From NCBI GenBank assembly GCA_013265495.1, contig MU063444.1, positions 1,624,195 through 1,688,194 of the forward strand: a stretch of DNA of 64,000 nt. The letters are read 5' to 3'. Source of the stretch: Vicugna vicugna. Lineage: Eukaryota. Numbering within the stretch: position 1 is the stretch's first letter; each line of letters starts with the position of its first letter. A model generated the notes under the pieces. The model did not search any database. It saw only the letters and a list, made by a program, of their open reading frames with translations, and was not told the DNA's origin. The translations under genes were made by a program, and so were the position numbers. Positions 37,070 through 51,154 of this stretch are shown piece after piece.

Positions 37070-40000
37070 AGGTTCTAGTTCTAGGGAAGACAGAGAAAAT
37101 ACATACATCCTTTCTCTCTACGTAAAACCTGAACAGAACGCACAGCACAGCTAGCTGCAAACACTAAAAGTAAACAGCAATGGCAGACTGGGGAAGGATG
37201 CTGAAACCAAAGCCCCACCACTCCTTTCCCTCCAACAAAGCCCATCCTGAACTCAACAAATTCAAACCCCAGAAGTGAGCACTCTGGTGCAGAAGAGAGA
37301 GCTCCAGCAGAAGCCAGGCTTGAGGAATGGGAAAGGAAACTCCCAACGCTTACAGAGAGCAGCTAAAGCCCCCTTTCCTTTTCCACTTTTGCCCCAGGCC
37401 CCAGGCCCCATGGCAGTTGTGTGGTGGCAGTAATGGCAGTTCAGTAGCAGCAACAGCCAGGAGCAGGAGCCATCCACCAAAACTCTTCTCTCTCTCTGCC
37501 TGTTCTCGGCCCCAGACGTGACAACTGTGGAAGTGAGCGGTCTGGCCAGACAGAAAATGGGAGACCCAGGGAACCAGAAAGTATCAGGGAGCTAACAGGG
37601 AAGAGCTCAAGAAAGCAACCTCATGAAATTTTTTTTGAACTCCTAGGCTCACCCTAGACCTGTGTACGCATGGAACAAATCCAACTGGCACACCAAAACC
37701 TCAAAGAACTGAGCTAACGAACCTCTGCACAGATCCCAGGCTGACCTCTGGAGATGGACACACAAGACAGATCCTAACATCGAAATTACAATTCCAACCT
37801 CCTGCCTGAACTTAACCAACATAATTGCTTGCTGAAGCAAAAGCATTAACATTCTCTGCAGGATTTCAAGAAGACACAGTGTCTCAGTGTCGTATTTTAA
37901 ATAGCCAGAATAAAATCCGAAACTGCCTGGCATACAAACAACCACAAAAATCTTTATTCACATGAGAAAAGGCAATCAACAAAAGACAATAAAAAAAAAA
38001 AGATGACACATGTTGAAATTATCTGACAAAGACTTTAAAGTGCTATAAAAATGCTCAAACAAGCAATCACTAACACTCTTGAATGAAGTATGAAAACAGA
38101 GTAGACTGTAAAAACATAGAAGATATAAATGAGAACCAAATGGAAACTTTAGAACTAAAAATATAACCAAAAAAATTTTTAAACCACTCTGAATGGACTC
38201 TTTAGCAGAATGGAAAGATGCAGTGAACTTCAAAATGGAACAGCAGAAATGACCCAACCTGAGCAACAGGAGGAAAAAAGGTTGAAAACACAAAAGGACA
38301 GAGCCTCAGGGACCTATGAGACAACAAAAGTCACTGGCATTCTACAATGAGAAGTCAGAGCATGAAAAGGTATTTGAAGAAATCATAGCTAAAACTATTT
38401 CAACTGTGATGAAAGACATACACCTATAGATTCAAGAAGCTGAGAAAAATATCAAACAAGATCAACCCAAAGAATCCACTCTGAAACACATCATAATCAA
38501 ACTTGCTAAAGACAAAGAATCTTGAATGCACAGAAAAAAAAATAATGCATTACTTATAGGGAAACAGTATTTAAATTACTGTGGATTTTTCATCACACTG
38601 AGGTGAGAAGAGAGCAACACATTTTTAGAGTGCTAAAAGAAAAGAGTATTATACTAGAATTCCTTATCTAGCAAAAGCATCATTCAGGAATTAAAGTAAA
38701 ATAAAGACATTCTCAGATGAGAACAACTACTAGAAGCAGAACTGCTCTAAAAGAATTGCCAAAGGAAGCTCTTCACAGACAGGAGAAATACAAGGAAACT
38801 TAGAACATTAGGAATAAAGGAAGAACAGCACAGAAATGGTAACTGTCTGGGTAAACATAACACAACATTCTTTTTCTTTAAAGTACATTTGATAGCAGAA
38901 AAGCAAAATACATAATATTATCTGACGGGGTTTTCATTATATTAGAAAATTAGAACATAATGGGGATGGTAGAGGAATCTACAAGGTAGTAATATACTTA
39001 CTACAAGGTAGTAAGTATATTACAATTGAAGCGGTAAAGTTTTGATTATAAGTAGACTGTGAAAAGTATTTTATATTCCCAATAGTAACACTTAAAAGGC
39101 TTATACAAAAACACAGTAAAAACTACAATAGATAAAATGTAATACTAAAAAATGGTAAATAGCATAAAGAAGGCAGGAAAGAAAAAAGCAAGAAAATAGA
39201 AACAGTATGGATAAACAAACATAAATGAAAAGGTTAACTATATCCTAACAAAGAATTATGCTAAATGTAAATGATCTAAATACAGCAAATAAAAGAGATC
39301 TTTCTAAACAAAAAAAAATAACTATATTGTGTACAAATATAGTGACACAGATTGGTTAAAGTAAAGGAGAAAAAATACACCACACAAATATGAGTCACTA
39401 GAAAGCTAGAATGACTCTATTGATGTCAAAGATGACTTCAAAACAAAATTACCAGGGATAAATAAAGACATAACATTTTGATAAAAGAGTCTGCCATCAA
39501 GAAGCTATAAATAAATGTGTATGCATCTAAAAATAGAAATCCAAAATACAGAAAGCAAAACTGATACAACTGAAAGGAAGAACAGACAAATCCACAGTTG
39601 CAGCTGGAGACTTCAAAACTACTCCCACAGTAATGGACAGAGCGAGGAGACCAAGCACCAGCAGGGATACAAAAGAGCTGACCAGCACCACCATCCAGCT
39701 GGATCTCACTGCTATCTGTAAAGCAGTAAGCCCATCATCAACAGAATAATATTTTCCTCAAGAATCCAGGAACGTTCATTCACCAATGTATGTAATATTC
39801 TGGATAATAAAACAAATTTTAATTAAAAGAACTGAAACCATATAGATTATATTGCCTGCTCATAATGGAATTAAGCCAGAAATCAATCACAAAGATAACA
39901 AAACTATCTTCCATCACTGGCACATTAAACAGCACACGCTTAAATAAATCCAAAGATCAAAGAAGACATCCCAAGGAAAATTAAAAAAATGTTTCTGAAC

Positions 40001-40210
40001 TGAATGAAAATGACTATACATAAATCAAACATCTGTAGGGTGCAGTTAAAACAGTGTTTAGAGAGAAATTTATAGTACTAAATACTTATATTAAAGAAGA
40101 AAGGTCTCAAGTGAATAATCCAAGCTTTCATGTTAAGGAAGGAGAAAAAGAGCAAAGCAAACAAAACCCAAAGAAGGATGGAAACGAGCAGAAATCAAGA
40201 GTAATGTGGT
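37070..40210 (+). mobile_element. Ancient L1M: 5' region, ORF1 (about 37990-38900) and ORF2 endonuclease domain, heavily degraded
   Basis: ORF1-like gacaaagactttaaagtgctataaaaatgctcaaacaagcaatcac and tagattcaagaagctgag; EN-like gacacagattg...aaagtaaaagga and cagctggagacttcaa. Confidence 0.8.
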
Positions 40211-40214
40211 CAAT

Positions 40215-41400
40215 GAAGGCCCAAATATATCAGTATCTACATCAAACGTAAATTTACCAAATACTAAAAAGACTAAAATTTTTAGATTGGATATAAAAGT
40301 AAAACACAACTATATGATGCTTACAAGAAACACATCTTAAATATAAGGGCACAAAGCGACTGAGGGTAAAAGGATGAAAAACGGTAATCAAAGAAAGCTG
40401 GTGTAGCTAATATCAAAGTCAACTTTGAGTCAATAATTATAACTAGATATAACTACATCTGAAAATAAAGAGACATTTCATATTTACTGAAAGATAATTG
40501 ACCAGGAAGATACACCAAAGCTAAATTCTAAATACACCTAGTAACAGCCTCAAAATATGTTAAAAAAAAAAAACAAAACCACAGAACCAAAGCAAGAATT
40601 GGATGAATCCATAATTATGGGATACTTTTCAACCTCTCCCTGTAGCATGCATACAGAAATCAGAAGGGACATAGAGGTTTTAAACAACAAGATTAACAAA
40701 CCTAACCGAATCGACATATATAGAAAAATTCATCTCGCAACTGCAGAATATGTTCTTTTCAAGTGTACATGCAAAGTTTTCAAAACATACCATATGCTTG
40801 GGTCATAAAGCAAGTTCTGACAAATTTCAGATGTATAAATCTAACAAAATATGTCAGGATCTACATGCTAAAAACTACAAAATGCTGATAAAATTATTTT
40901 TAAAACTAAAGTAGATATGCTATGTTCATGAATTGGAAGACTCAATATAGTACAGATAATCATTCTCCCAAAATATAGATTTAATGCAATTCCTATCAAA
41001 ATCCCAGCAGGATATTTTTGCAGATATAGAATAGCTGATTCTAAAATTTGTAAGGAAGGACAAAGGAACAGAAGAATAGCTAGACAATTCTGAAAAAGCA
41101 AAATAAAGTTGGAAGAACCACATAACCTAATTTTAAGATTTATTACATAGCTACAGCAATCACGACAGTGTGGTACCAGCCCAGGGACAGACACACAGAT
41201 CAACAGAATGGAACTTAGAGCCCAGAAGCATCCCAGACAATTGCGCTCTTAGGTATTTACCCAAGAGAACTGAAAGCGTATGTCCACACAAAAACCTGTG
41301 TGCAAAAGTCTATAGCAGCTTTATTCAAAATCACCAAAAAGCAAAAGGAGCCGAGATGTCCTTCAACAGGGAAATGGAAAAACAATCAGGAAAGCCTTCC
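40215..41400 (+). mobile_element. Second ancient L1 ORF2 fragment set (EN start again, then late ORF2)
   Basis: tgcttacaagaaacacatcttaaatataag; atgttcatgaattggaagactcaatatag...aatgcaattcctatcaaaatcccagcagg; ctcttaggtatttacccaagagaactgaaagcg. Confidence 0.8.
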
Positions 41401-42912
41401 TGCATTATTGGCACATAGGTCTGATTTGGTTTTTAGAATAAGGTATCAGTAAAGATCAGTCTGGATAGCTTTTGAAAAGATAAGACTTTTAATTCGCCTT
41501 GCTAAATGATTCTGTCCTATGACCACGTTTCTGCAATTAGTCAAGCTCTTAATACCAGGACTTTCAGTGGCTCTGATAAACGATCCTTAGGAATGAGTTA
41601 CTCCTTTCTCCCAGAGTCTGGTCTCCTCTTAGGCCACTGAAGGTCCTAAATTATGGTATGTACCAAGCTTCTTTTAGAAACACTCCACTGTATCTAGCAG
41701 ACAATGTAGCATTTAACCTTCTGTTTTCTCGGTTCTTAACAGAAGTCATCCCACCTACTTTCTCTTTTGAGCTACTTAAGCAGAGAATGTTCTAGGCACA
41801 CTGAGATCCACAGAAAAACCTCCTTACCATTCTGAATGAGGTAGAAGTAAAAGTGACACTTGTCCACTGAGATACTGAGTTCATGTCGGAGAACTTCTCA
41901 TGGCTCCGATTATAGGAGCCAAGAGCGAGCCCTGCAGTGACTCTTCAAGATAATAAATAATGCAAGAGGACCCTGGCAAAGAGTATAAACACAATACCTT
42001 CTTCCTGTAGTTAATACTTTCATCAGAAGTCAGTTAATTCCCACTAGCCAAGGCAAGCGAACTCAGCTTTATTTTGCAATAGTGTTCTACAGCAGAGGTT
42101 CCTGGATCTCTAAGAGTCCTGAGTGGATTTCATTCTGCAAAACGTCAGACAGGACGTCTCCATTTCCTGCAGATAAAGTCATGCCTGCCTCACTTCTCTG
42201 CTGTATGATGAAAATCTATCAACAGAATATAAAGGACTAGTCATCCTCCCTTGCAGCTATGACATCTGACTGGAAGCTGTACGGCTAACATCAATCAAAA
42301 TGGAAACGTGAATTATACGAAATACATGCAGTTTGCCTGGCAGATGGGATCATTCAAAACATGGAGATCGTTAAGGCAAAGATCATAAAAAGGCTGGGAA
42401 TTTGGGCTGAGAATTAAGATCAACTTGGAAAGACAATTCCTCCACATCTGTTTAATGGAGGATATATAGAAAAGCAGATGATGTACTTTGGGTAAATATG
42501 CTATTTTATTCAACCTTCTGCTACGGTCACTTGGACACGGGGTTGTGTCCGTGAGCATTCAGGAATCACACGGTGGAACCAGAACACACAAAGGAGAGGC
42601 TGGTGTCCTGCAGAGCCCTCCCTCACATTCCCCACCAGGCTCACGAATCATCCCCCTACAGGACAGAGTCCAGGTTGTCTTCTTTCTGGGTGTCAGCTTC
42701 CCAAATGCAAACAAAAGAAGCCGTCTTCTGCCCCTGGTTAACGGCAGGACCGTGAAGCCGGCTGGCCTTCTCAGTAGGCGTGGAGGGGGAAACTGTGGGA
42801 AGAGAGAGGACAGTGACTCGCCCATGGCAGAATGGCCACCGGGGGGCCAAGCCAGGCCTTGGGCCAACATACCTCCACTCTTCAAAAATGTGTAAGTCAG
42901 AATGTACTTTCA

Positions 42913-43160
42913 TTTGCAAATGTTAGCCACTACACCTAATAATAGATTTAAAAAAAAGTTTCTTCTGTATAGCACAGGGAACTATATTCAATATCTTGTA
43001 ATAACCTTTGATGAAAAAGAATATGAAAATGAATCTATGTATGTATATGCATGACTGGGACATCGTGCTGTACACCAGAAATTAACACATTGTAACTGAC
43101 TGTACCTCAATTTAAAAAAATTTTTTAATAAAATGATCAAATAGTCAAAAAGAAAAAAAA
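42913..43160 (+). mobile_element. Short lineage L1 3' end with TSD
   Basis: ctgtatagcacagggaactatattcaatatcttg...A tail; TSD agaatgtactttca at 42899-42912 and 43161-43174. Confidence 0.92.
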
Positions 43161-46100
43161 AGAATGTACTTTCACTGGCATCATCAAGATACATCATGAA
43201 CTTATGCTCATAACTATGATTCAGAGCATCGTCCTCCTGAAGCTCATAAAATGCCCCGGCGCCAGCTTCTCTACTTCGAAATGGTTCTCAGTTCGGAGAG
43301 ATGGGTGGCAGTGAGTGACGCAGGCCTGGGCAGGCCCTGGGCCTTTGTTATGTGTGTGTAATAATAGGTGTCTCTCTTCCCTGATCCTGAATGTGTGTGG
43401 CAAAACGAAGCCAAGGTAACCTGAGTTTTACAACCATGAGTTCCTCTAGGACAGGCCCAGGCAACACGGACAGACGGGAAAACACCCAGGAGATGGAGCT
43501 GACAACGGTGAGTGCAGCCCAGGTGCTGCCTTGGTAAAGACACACGCTTCACATGCGGGAGGATTATTTTAATTCTGCGGCCTTCAGATCTCACAAATAC
43601 AAGTAAAAACAAGCAGGTAACTATGACAACTCCATTTCAGAGAGTTTACATTTCAAAAATAAACCTCTCCACTGAGCCCCTCTATTTTGTTCTCTTAACA
43701 CATGCTTGTCTTCTCTTCAGTTAAGGTTTTTATGTTACTTCAAAGCCATTTCTACCAATTGCATATCAAAACACGCTATCTCCTTGCAGTCAGACACTGG
43801 GATGGAATCTGGGGAGGAACCTCCAGCTGGCATGATGGAACCTGGCGGTCTCTCCCTGCGTGCCACCTGGTGTGACAGTGCTCATTCTGGGTCTCTCCAG
43901 AGACTTCTTGAACTGCCATTCACATTCACATTTCAAGCAAGACTAGATGAACACAAGCTGCTCTGGCTCCAGGCCCACAGGTGCATCGTATCTCCCGCAA
44001 GATGCTGAGTGCATCTAGGGTGGAAGGATTAATCTTCACACGAGCCCTTCGGTGGCCTCATGGCATCTGTGCCTTCCTTTGAGTCCACTTAGAAACATTA
44101 TGTTCCTCAACAAAAGCAAGTGAGGCCCCTTCTGACCAGGGCTAGTAATCACAGGGATGAGCTGAAGGAAAGCTAGAGGCACCCCTCAGGATGCCAGTCA
44201 ACAGATATACTCATCACCAAGGATGAGGGAGTCCTGTTGGAACCTACAAGGGGGCATCTCGAGGGTAGAGGTGGGGTCTTGTGGATAAGGCAGGCCCAGT
44301 TCCCAAGCACTGCTCACTTGGATTTGGCCCAGACCTTGCTGAACTCAGGTTCTCTGCAGGGGAATGGAGACGTTACACTAAACCTGGATGTTATCGGGAC
44401 AGAAGAAGCACCGTCTCTGCACCCAGGTGGACAGCTCTGGAGGCATCCTTCCATGCCCTGCATGACGCACAGTGTAGCTTTGACTCACTGGGAGACCCCA
44501 GCAGCATGGAAGCCCGGGGAAATGGTGGCATCTTGATACAGGGGTTCCTCAAGTTGAAGGAGGCTGGGGCAGAAGAATAAAAGAGCTGACCTCCTCATGT
44601 CCAAGAGCACCAAGAGTTTCCCTGCTGAGCACCTAAGAACTGGGGAAGGGAGAGTGCACAGGGCATTCACCAGTGTGCACAGGCAGAGCTAACAAAACCC
44701 TGGTTTCCTGTAAAAACTGCTCTAAATCCACCTTTGTCTATAAGACTCATTTGAGTCAAAAAGCCTTAAGAGTAAAAAGAGCTTGGAATTTGCATCAAGA
44801 AAGGGAACTAACATTTCTGAGCGCCAATCCTGCACAGGAATAGAATAAAGTGCTTTCAAATATATTAACTGCCTTTTGACAAGCTGGAAAGAGATGTATT
44901 CCGAGGCTCATTTTATAAGACAAGAAAGAGCTAGCAGGGCCTGGGTGACTGGCTCAAGGTCACCTGGCCAGCAGGCAGTGGCACCGAGCTATGTCCCAGT
45001 CTCCCCAACTTCAAGATCCATGCCCTTCCCAAGAGTCCACTCCAGTCTCACATCTGCCAAGCACCTTGCTCAGCTGCTGGCCAACTGGCTGATTAATAAC
45101 AATCAACGGCCGACGGACCGATGACACGGTGTTTCGCTTCCAGCTCCACCGCCCACCGCCCTGTGCTGTGCCCCTCATCCCGGGAGATCGCCCAGCGCCC
45201 TCTGCTCCCCGCCCCGGCTGCCGCTGCTGACACTCATCCTTGCCGGCAGAAGCGGGGACCACAGACTCACTCTCCTGGACAGAACAGGCAGTCCAGGTCT
45301 TGACCATGGGAGTCTGTGGCTCGTGTGAACTGTCTAGTAAACGCTCCCTGATGTGGAGACCACCCCTCATTTGGTAACTGCTCTCAGTGCCCGGCTACCA
45401 GAAAGCTTTTCTGCATCTCTCCTCACCCGCTCAGGTGGAGGTTGGTCCCTGCTGGGGATGGGAGGTGAACTAACCGTTTGTGGACTGTTATCTCCTGTTC
45501 TCGTCACAATGACCCTGTGAGGAAGGTCTTCCCTGCCTCCACGTTGGAGATGGGGTGAGGCTGCTGGTAAACAGTGCAGCTGGCATGGAGACCCAGATCT
45601 GGCCGACTCTCCCCACTGTGCCCCGCCCCAGTCACCCTGCTGCCCTGTGCCTCCCCGGAGAAGGCTCTGGCTGCGGGAGCACCCAGCACAGAGACGGAGC
45701 CAGTGTCCGCCCCGGGAAGGCAGGAGCTGATGCCTTCCATGAGTAATGAGCAGGCTGCCAATATGGCGAGGGGGAAGCCAGCCCCAGCTTCCAGGAGCCT
45801 AGGTCCCTGAAGGAATGGCTTGGCCCACAGTCTTTAAGACCGCAGCCTCTGGAGCGGGGCCCAAGTCAGAAGGAGAGCTCTCTTCTCTCAACTGACATGT
45901 CAGGTTTGGAGAAGCAGCAAGCAAAGGAGGCTGGATGGTAGGCAAATATGTGAGTGATCGGATGGTAGGAGCAAGCTGACTGTAGTGAGAACATAGCAGT
46001 GGGGAAGGATTTTTTTCTTTCTGGTGACCTTTTTCCCCCCTCTTGGGGTCTGTGCACTCCCCAACCTGGCCTGACAGCTCCATCCTCCTCTCCCGCCCAA

Positions 46101-47189
46101 ACTCCTGTCTCTACCTGGGGCACCTGCTCAATCTGGAGGCTGTGGAAATGCCATGCAGATTAGAAAAGTTTTTCTTTTTCACCCCATAAGACATGACTAT
46201 TTTTGAGAAGAAAATTATCCATATCTACCTTCTTCCTTTCAGGTCAGCCAATCCTCCCCGCTCTCATTGGGGCAGTAGAAACACCCTCATTGCTTAGAAA
46301 CTGTTCATAATTACATCAGTTTCTGGCCATTAAATCCAGTAAGTTTAAAATGTTGAATATAATATAGCTGGTTTGGGAAATCTTTTAGAAATCTGATCCA
46401 ACTAACTAACTGCAACAGCCAGGTCCCAAATAAGTGAGGAAAAAGCAGTTTGAATTGGGAAAGAAATATGACTGTGGACCTCTTGTGGAGCTAAGAGTAA
46501 ACTATAGGTCGGCCCAAAGAAAGTTCTAGTGAAGTGCAGCATCCGGCCATACCATTTTCCCCAGAAGATCTGATCCAAGTGCTTAGAATGGTGAACACAA
46601 GAGAACAGCTCTCCAAGGCAGTGGCACTCGGATGGCAACCACAGGACGTGGCTGGAACCAGTTCCTCGTAAGAGGGAACACTCAAGGCAGTAACAATCCT
46701 GTGATTCAGTAAGTGTGAGAACTTGGGTTGTGAGGAGTGAGGAACTGTGTGAGGAACTATATGTGAACTTGACTCAAATGAATCTCAGCTGATCCTTAGC
46801 AATGCTCTCTGGGGTCACACTGAGGGGTCTATCTGACAATGGAATCGCTGAATTTGTGGTGTGAGTGATGTGTGCCTGTGTTCATGCAGGACTCTGAGGT
46901 GGGGAAGAAGCAGATAGAAGCAGTGGCTTAATTAGTGCCGTTTCCAGCCCTTTCTCTGAACTTTCCATTGGATGGTCGGGGTGAAGGGACAAAGTAGACT
47001 GATGCCAAGTCAACAAGGCTTAACAGGCCCCCCAGCTTCCTTCTTTCCCCAATTTCTCCCTCCACCAAGTAGGGACATCGTCGGCCACAACACCACTCTG
47101 CTATGATTCCGCCATCGTAAATAAGAACAGCCAGGAAAATATGCATCATGTAATATTAGGTAAAAAACAGAAAACATAAAAAAAAAGTG

Positions 47190-47980
47190 TGCTCACACCA
47201 GAATGGCCATCAATAAAAAGTCCACAAATAATAAAGGCTGGAGAGGGTGTGGAGAAAAGGGAACCCTCCTACCTGCTGGTGGGAATGTAATTTGGTGCAG
47301 CCATTATGGAAAATAGTCTGGAGATTCCTCAAAAACTTAAAAACAGAGTTAATACATGATCTCCCAATCCCACTCCTGGGCATATATCCAAAGGGAACTC
47401 TAATTCAAAAAGATACATGCATCCCAATGTTCACAGCAGCACTATTTACAATAGCCAAGACATGGAAGCAACCTAAATGTCCACTGACAGACGACTGGAT
47501 AAAGAAGGTGTGGTATATTTATATAATGGAATACTACTCAGCCATAACAAAGAATAAAATAATGCCACTTGCAGCAACATGGATGGACCTGGAGATCATA
47601 CTAAGTGAAGTAAGTCAGAGAAAGACAAATATATGATATCGCTTAGATGTGGAATCTAAAAAAGTGATACAAATGAACTTATTTACAAAATACAAACAGA
47701 CTCACATAGAAAACAAATTGGTGGTTACCAAAGGGGAAGTCAGGGGAGGGATAAACTGGGAGTTTGGGATTGGCAGATACAAACTACTATACATAAAACA
47801 GATAAACAATAAGGACCTACTGTATAGCACAGGGAACTATATTCAATAGCTTGTAACAACCTATAATCAAAAAGAATAAGCATATATATTTGTGTGTGTG
47901 TATAACTAAATCAATCACTATGTTGTACACAGAAACTAACACAACATTGTAAACCAACTAAACTTCAATTAAAAAAAAAA
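47190..47980 (+). mobile_element. L1 3' end (ORF2 cysteine-rich C-terminus + 3'UTR)
   Basis: ORF 47247-47636 WWECNLVQPLWKIVWRFLKNLKTE...[19 protein letters not shown]; poly(A) at about 47970. Confidence 0.93.
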
Positions 47981-48179
47981 ACAATGTGTGGAACATGACT
48001 GCAATTATACAACAAAAGTATGGGAATGTCCCAAGTTTGAGGCCTCCAGCGTCATAATACTCACTCCCAAGGTCCTCAGTCTAGCGAGAGCTGGGCAGAA
48101 ATCACAGTCTGACATGAGCTGAGTACACATGAAAGCTCTTTCTGCAACAGTTGTGGGTCTGACAAATATCAGTTAGTGT

Positions 48180-48600
48180 GATTCTGTGGTCAAGAAGACA
48201 GGTGTCTAGAGCACGTGCTATGTGCCAAGCCCTGTTGAGATTCTGAGAATATGGTGTGCGGTGGGTGTCAAGGCAGAGCTTCCACCGTGAGAAACAGTGA
48301 AAAAGTAAACAGAATAATTTGAGACAGCAACAGACATCACAAAGAATAAAGCAGGGGAGAGGAGAAGTGTGGCGGCTGGGTGGCCAGGACAGTCTCCCCC
48401 AGGAGATGACACCTGAGGATGCAATATTAAGAAAGAGCCAGGCACGAGAAGAGTTTGGGGACTCATATTCTGCAGAGGGGCCAGAGCAGCAGCCACGTAG
48501 GTCCCAAGGTGGGAAAGACCCTGATGGGGACCTGGAGGCAGCAGAAGCAGGGACCTGCTGGAAGCAGGAAGCTAGGGAGGATGGCCTGCAGAAACGGTCC
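48180..48600 (-). mobile_element. L2
   Basis: gagcacgtgctatgtgccaagccctg...ccccaggagatgacacctgag. Confidence 0.62.
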
Positions 48601-50840
48601 AGGTGTAGGTGACAGGGACCAGTGACCACATCCAAGGACTCCCCTACCAGCGCCAGCTCCCCAGCCACGCTGACTTGCCCTCTCCTGCCCTTCCTTCCAC
48701 TGAGCCTTCAACTAAGCAAAGACCAGACGCTGCCTGGCCCCTCGTCCTTGACGGCAAAGACTGGGCCTCAGTGGAGGCGAGGCAGCGGGTGACTACTGGG
48801 GTGAGGGTGCCAATGGACCAAGCACTGACAATCCCTTCTCGGCCAAGTGTCTAAACAGACCCTTTGGGAGGAATAAGAAAAGTCTGCATCGTAGACTTTA
48901 TGATATGGAAACAGAACCCTTGAGATTTCTATCATAAATGAAGCAACCCAAGGACTCTTCTGAGAAGAGGAGGAAAAGGTAGGCACAGAGAGCTTAAATC
49001 CAAACACGGGTGACATGGACTACACATGAATTCTCAGAGTGAGGGAGATAAGACAATTACTAGCAAGCTTTTAAACAGACTTAGAGGAGCATTTTATCTT
49101 TGCTCAGTGACCTCTTTTTAACACATGGTGAAACTGTCACCTAAGTAAGTGAAGTCTTCAGCCTCCTCCTGAAATACATGGCACACCTGGGGGAAAAGGT
49201 CAGTGGCAACATGTGTCAGAACGAGGCTGGACCCAGGCGGGCAGAGCCGCTGGCGTCCCTTGAGCTAGAAGGCTGCTCCCTCCCTCTGCTGTCTGGCTCT
49301 GTCCTCCAAACTTTACCTGATCCTCTGGGACGCTCTGAGCAAACATTACGGGCTGCTGAAATTTCCTCAAATTGACAACATTGGGAGGAAAATGAAATGG
49401 AAAGGAAAATTAAAAGCACATTTGGTTGACATGATTAAAGCCAAGCCATCAGGCACCAATTAGTCCAAATTTAGGCCAGACATTGACTGCTGGACAGCTG
49501 AAAATCGCCCTGGTGTGTTGAGGGACTTGATCAAATACTCCATTTGGAAACATCTTACAAATGACCGTTTTTAGAAAATGAGCAGCTCCTTTGAGAGAGC
49601 CCCACCCCCTGCCCCTCCCGCAGGCTAGTCCACAGTTGGAGGACGTTCTTGGTGAGGCCCTTGAGAAAGGCTGGCTCCACACAGGGAGAGGGGGCTCATG
49701 AAGTCCCTGGATTTTCACCTCAGAGAGATAGGTCAGTTGTCAGCTGGCCCCAAAGCATCCATTCTGCACAGCTGGGTGGTGACAAGGAGCTATCTATGTT
49801 TGGAAAGGGGCAGGGGGGCTTGGAAAACTCCCAGGAGAAGTCTGCTGATCCAAACATTCCCTGCTCTGGGCGAACCTGATGGATCACACAGAGCCAAACA
49901 GAACTGGTATATGCAGGAAACAACTTCCTAGATGACTGTCTAATTGGCCTTGTGATAAAATTAACTGAAGCAAGGTCTCGAGGCTTCTGGGGCAACATCA
50001 AAGAGCATAGACACTCCTCCAGAAAAGGCTTTGGCAGGCTGAGCCAGCCAACCTCCGCAGGCACCCCCCCAATCCTGTGGGGACCCGGTGGGGGTGGGGG
50101 AAGAGCAGCTGGTGCTGGTGACAGGACAGGGTTCGGGTCCTGAACCCAAGGGAGTCATGGCCACCACGTGGCAACCACTCCTGTGGCCTTCTCCTGGGCC
50201 AGCCTGGGCACTCTAAGACAGATGCCAGAGCTTGGGTCCAAGTGAGTCTCTAATGGGTAGGGGTCTAGAAAAGCCTCCAGCTGGCGGCAGCCTCTGCTCA
50301 CCCTCCCTTGGAGAGCAGACAAGGACACAGAGGGGACTTCTCTGAGCCGAGGTCCCAGAGCTCTGAGATCAAGAGGCCCTCCCTCCCAACACAAGTGAGC
50401 TACCACAGTGGGACTCTCAGGAAGAGGTGGTTTGGCCACAAACAGGCTGGACCATTGTTTCTCCACATCTTCCTTAATGACTCCTACTCCAAAGTCAAGC
50501 TCCTTCTGTGTTTGTGTGACTGTGGAGAGGGGTTAAGGCTTGTAAAAACTTAGATAGACTGCCTTATCCTGAAGTGGGGAACATGGCAGATGACAAAATG
50601 GTGGAAATTCCATGCACTTAAGACTGTAATTTCTGCATGACTTTTAGGTTTTCACTGGACATAGCCAGAGGGAAAAGTCCTTTATCTGCATTACCCTGAT
50701 TGACCCCAAGGGTCCCGCAGCCACTCTCATTTCACAGAAGGGGAAACTGCCACCCCAAGAGGCAAATGGAGTCTTATGTAGATTATCTACATAGTGGACC
50801 TTACAGGATTCCTTTGAATAGTACACTCTCCATGCCTCTT

Positions 50841-50963
50841 TTTTTTATTGGCAGAGGGTGGGGGGTAATTAGGTTTATTTATTTTAATGTAGGTACTGGG
50901 GATAGAACCCAGGACCTCCTGCACGCGAGGCATGCACGCAACCACTGAGCTATTCCCTCACCT
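50841..50963 (-). mobile_element. tRNA-derived SINE, Vic-1-like (camelid)
   Basis: Minus strand GGTGAGGGAATAGCTCAGTGGTTGCGTGCATGCCTCGCGTGCAGGAGGTCCTGGGTTCTATCCCCAGTACC (A and B boxes), then aaataaataaacctaattacccccc and an A tail. Confidence 0.85.
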
Positions 50964-51154
50964 CTTTTAGGTGACGTGTACTTGGTTTGCAATGTTGTGT
51001 TAGTTTCTGGTGTACAGCACAGTGATTCAGTTATACATATATGTGTGTGTGTGTGTGTGTGTACATATACCTTTTCATATCCTTTTCCATTATAGGCTAT
51101 TACAAGATATTGAATATAGTTCCCTGTGCTGTACAGTAGCATCTTATTGTTTGT
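50964..51154 (-). mobile_element. Short L1 3'UTR fragment containing a (TG)n tract at about 51042-51062
   Basis: caatgttgtgttagtttctggtgtacagcacagtgattcag...atagttccctgtgctgtacag; outer TSD tccatgcctctt at 50829-50840 and 51155-51166. Confidence 0.9.

Noticed and set aside
38979-39022. 22-nt tandem duplication ctacaaggtagtaa
   Set aside because: Two-copy slippage inside a dead L1
41900-42554. Small hairpins tggctcc-gattata-ggagcca and ggacac-ggggtt-gtgtcc
   Set aside because: Stems of 6-7 bp are expected by chance and are too short for pre-miRNA
50885-50963. tRNA-like sequence with A and B boxes
   Set aside because: It continues into an AT-rich SINE tail with poly(A) and the cloverleaf is degraded; it is a SINE, not a tRNA gene
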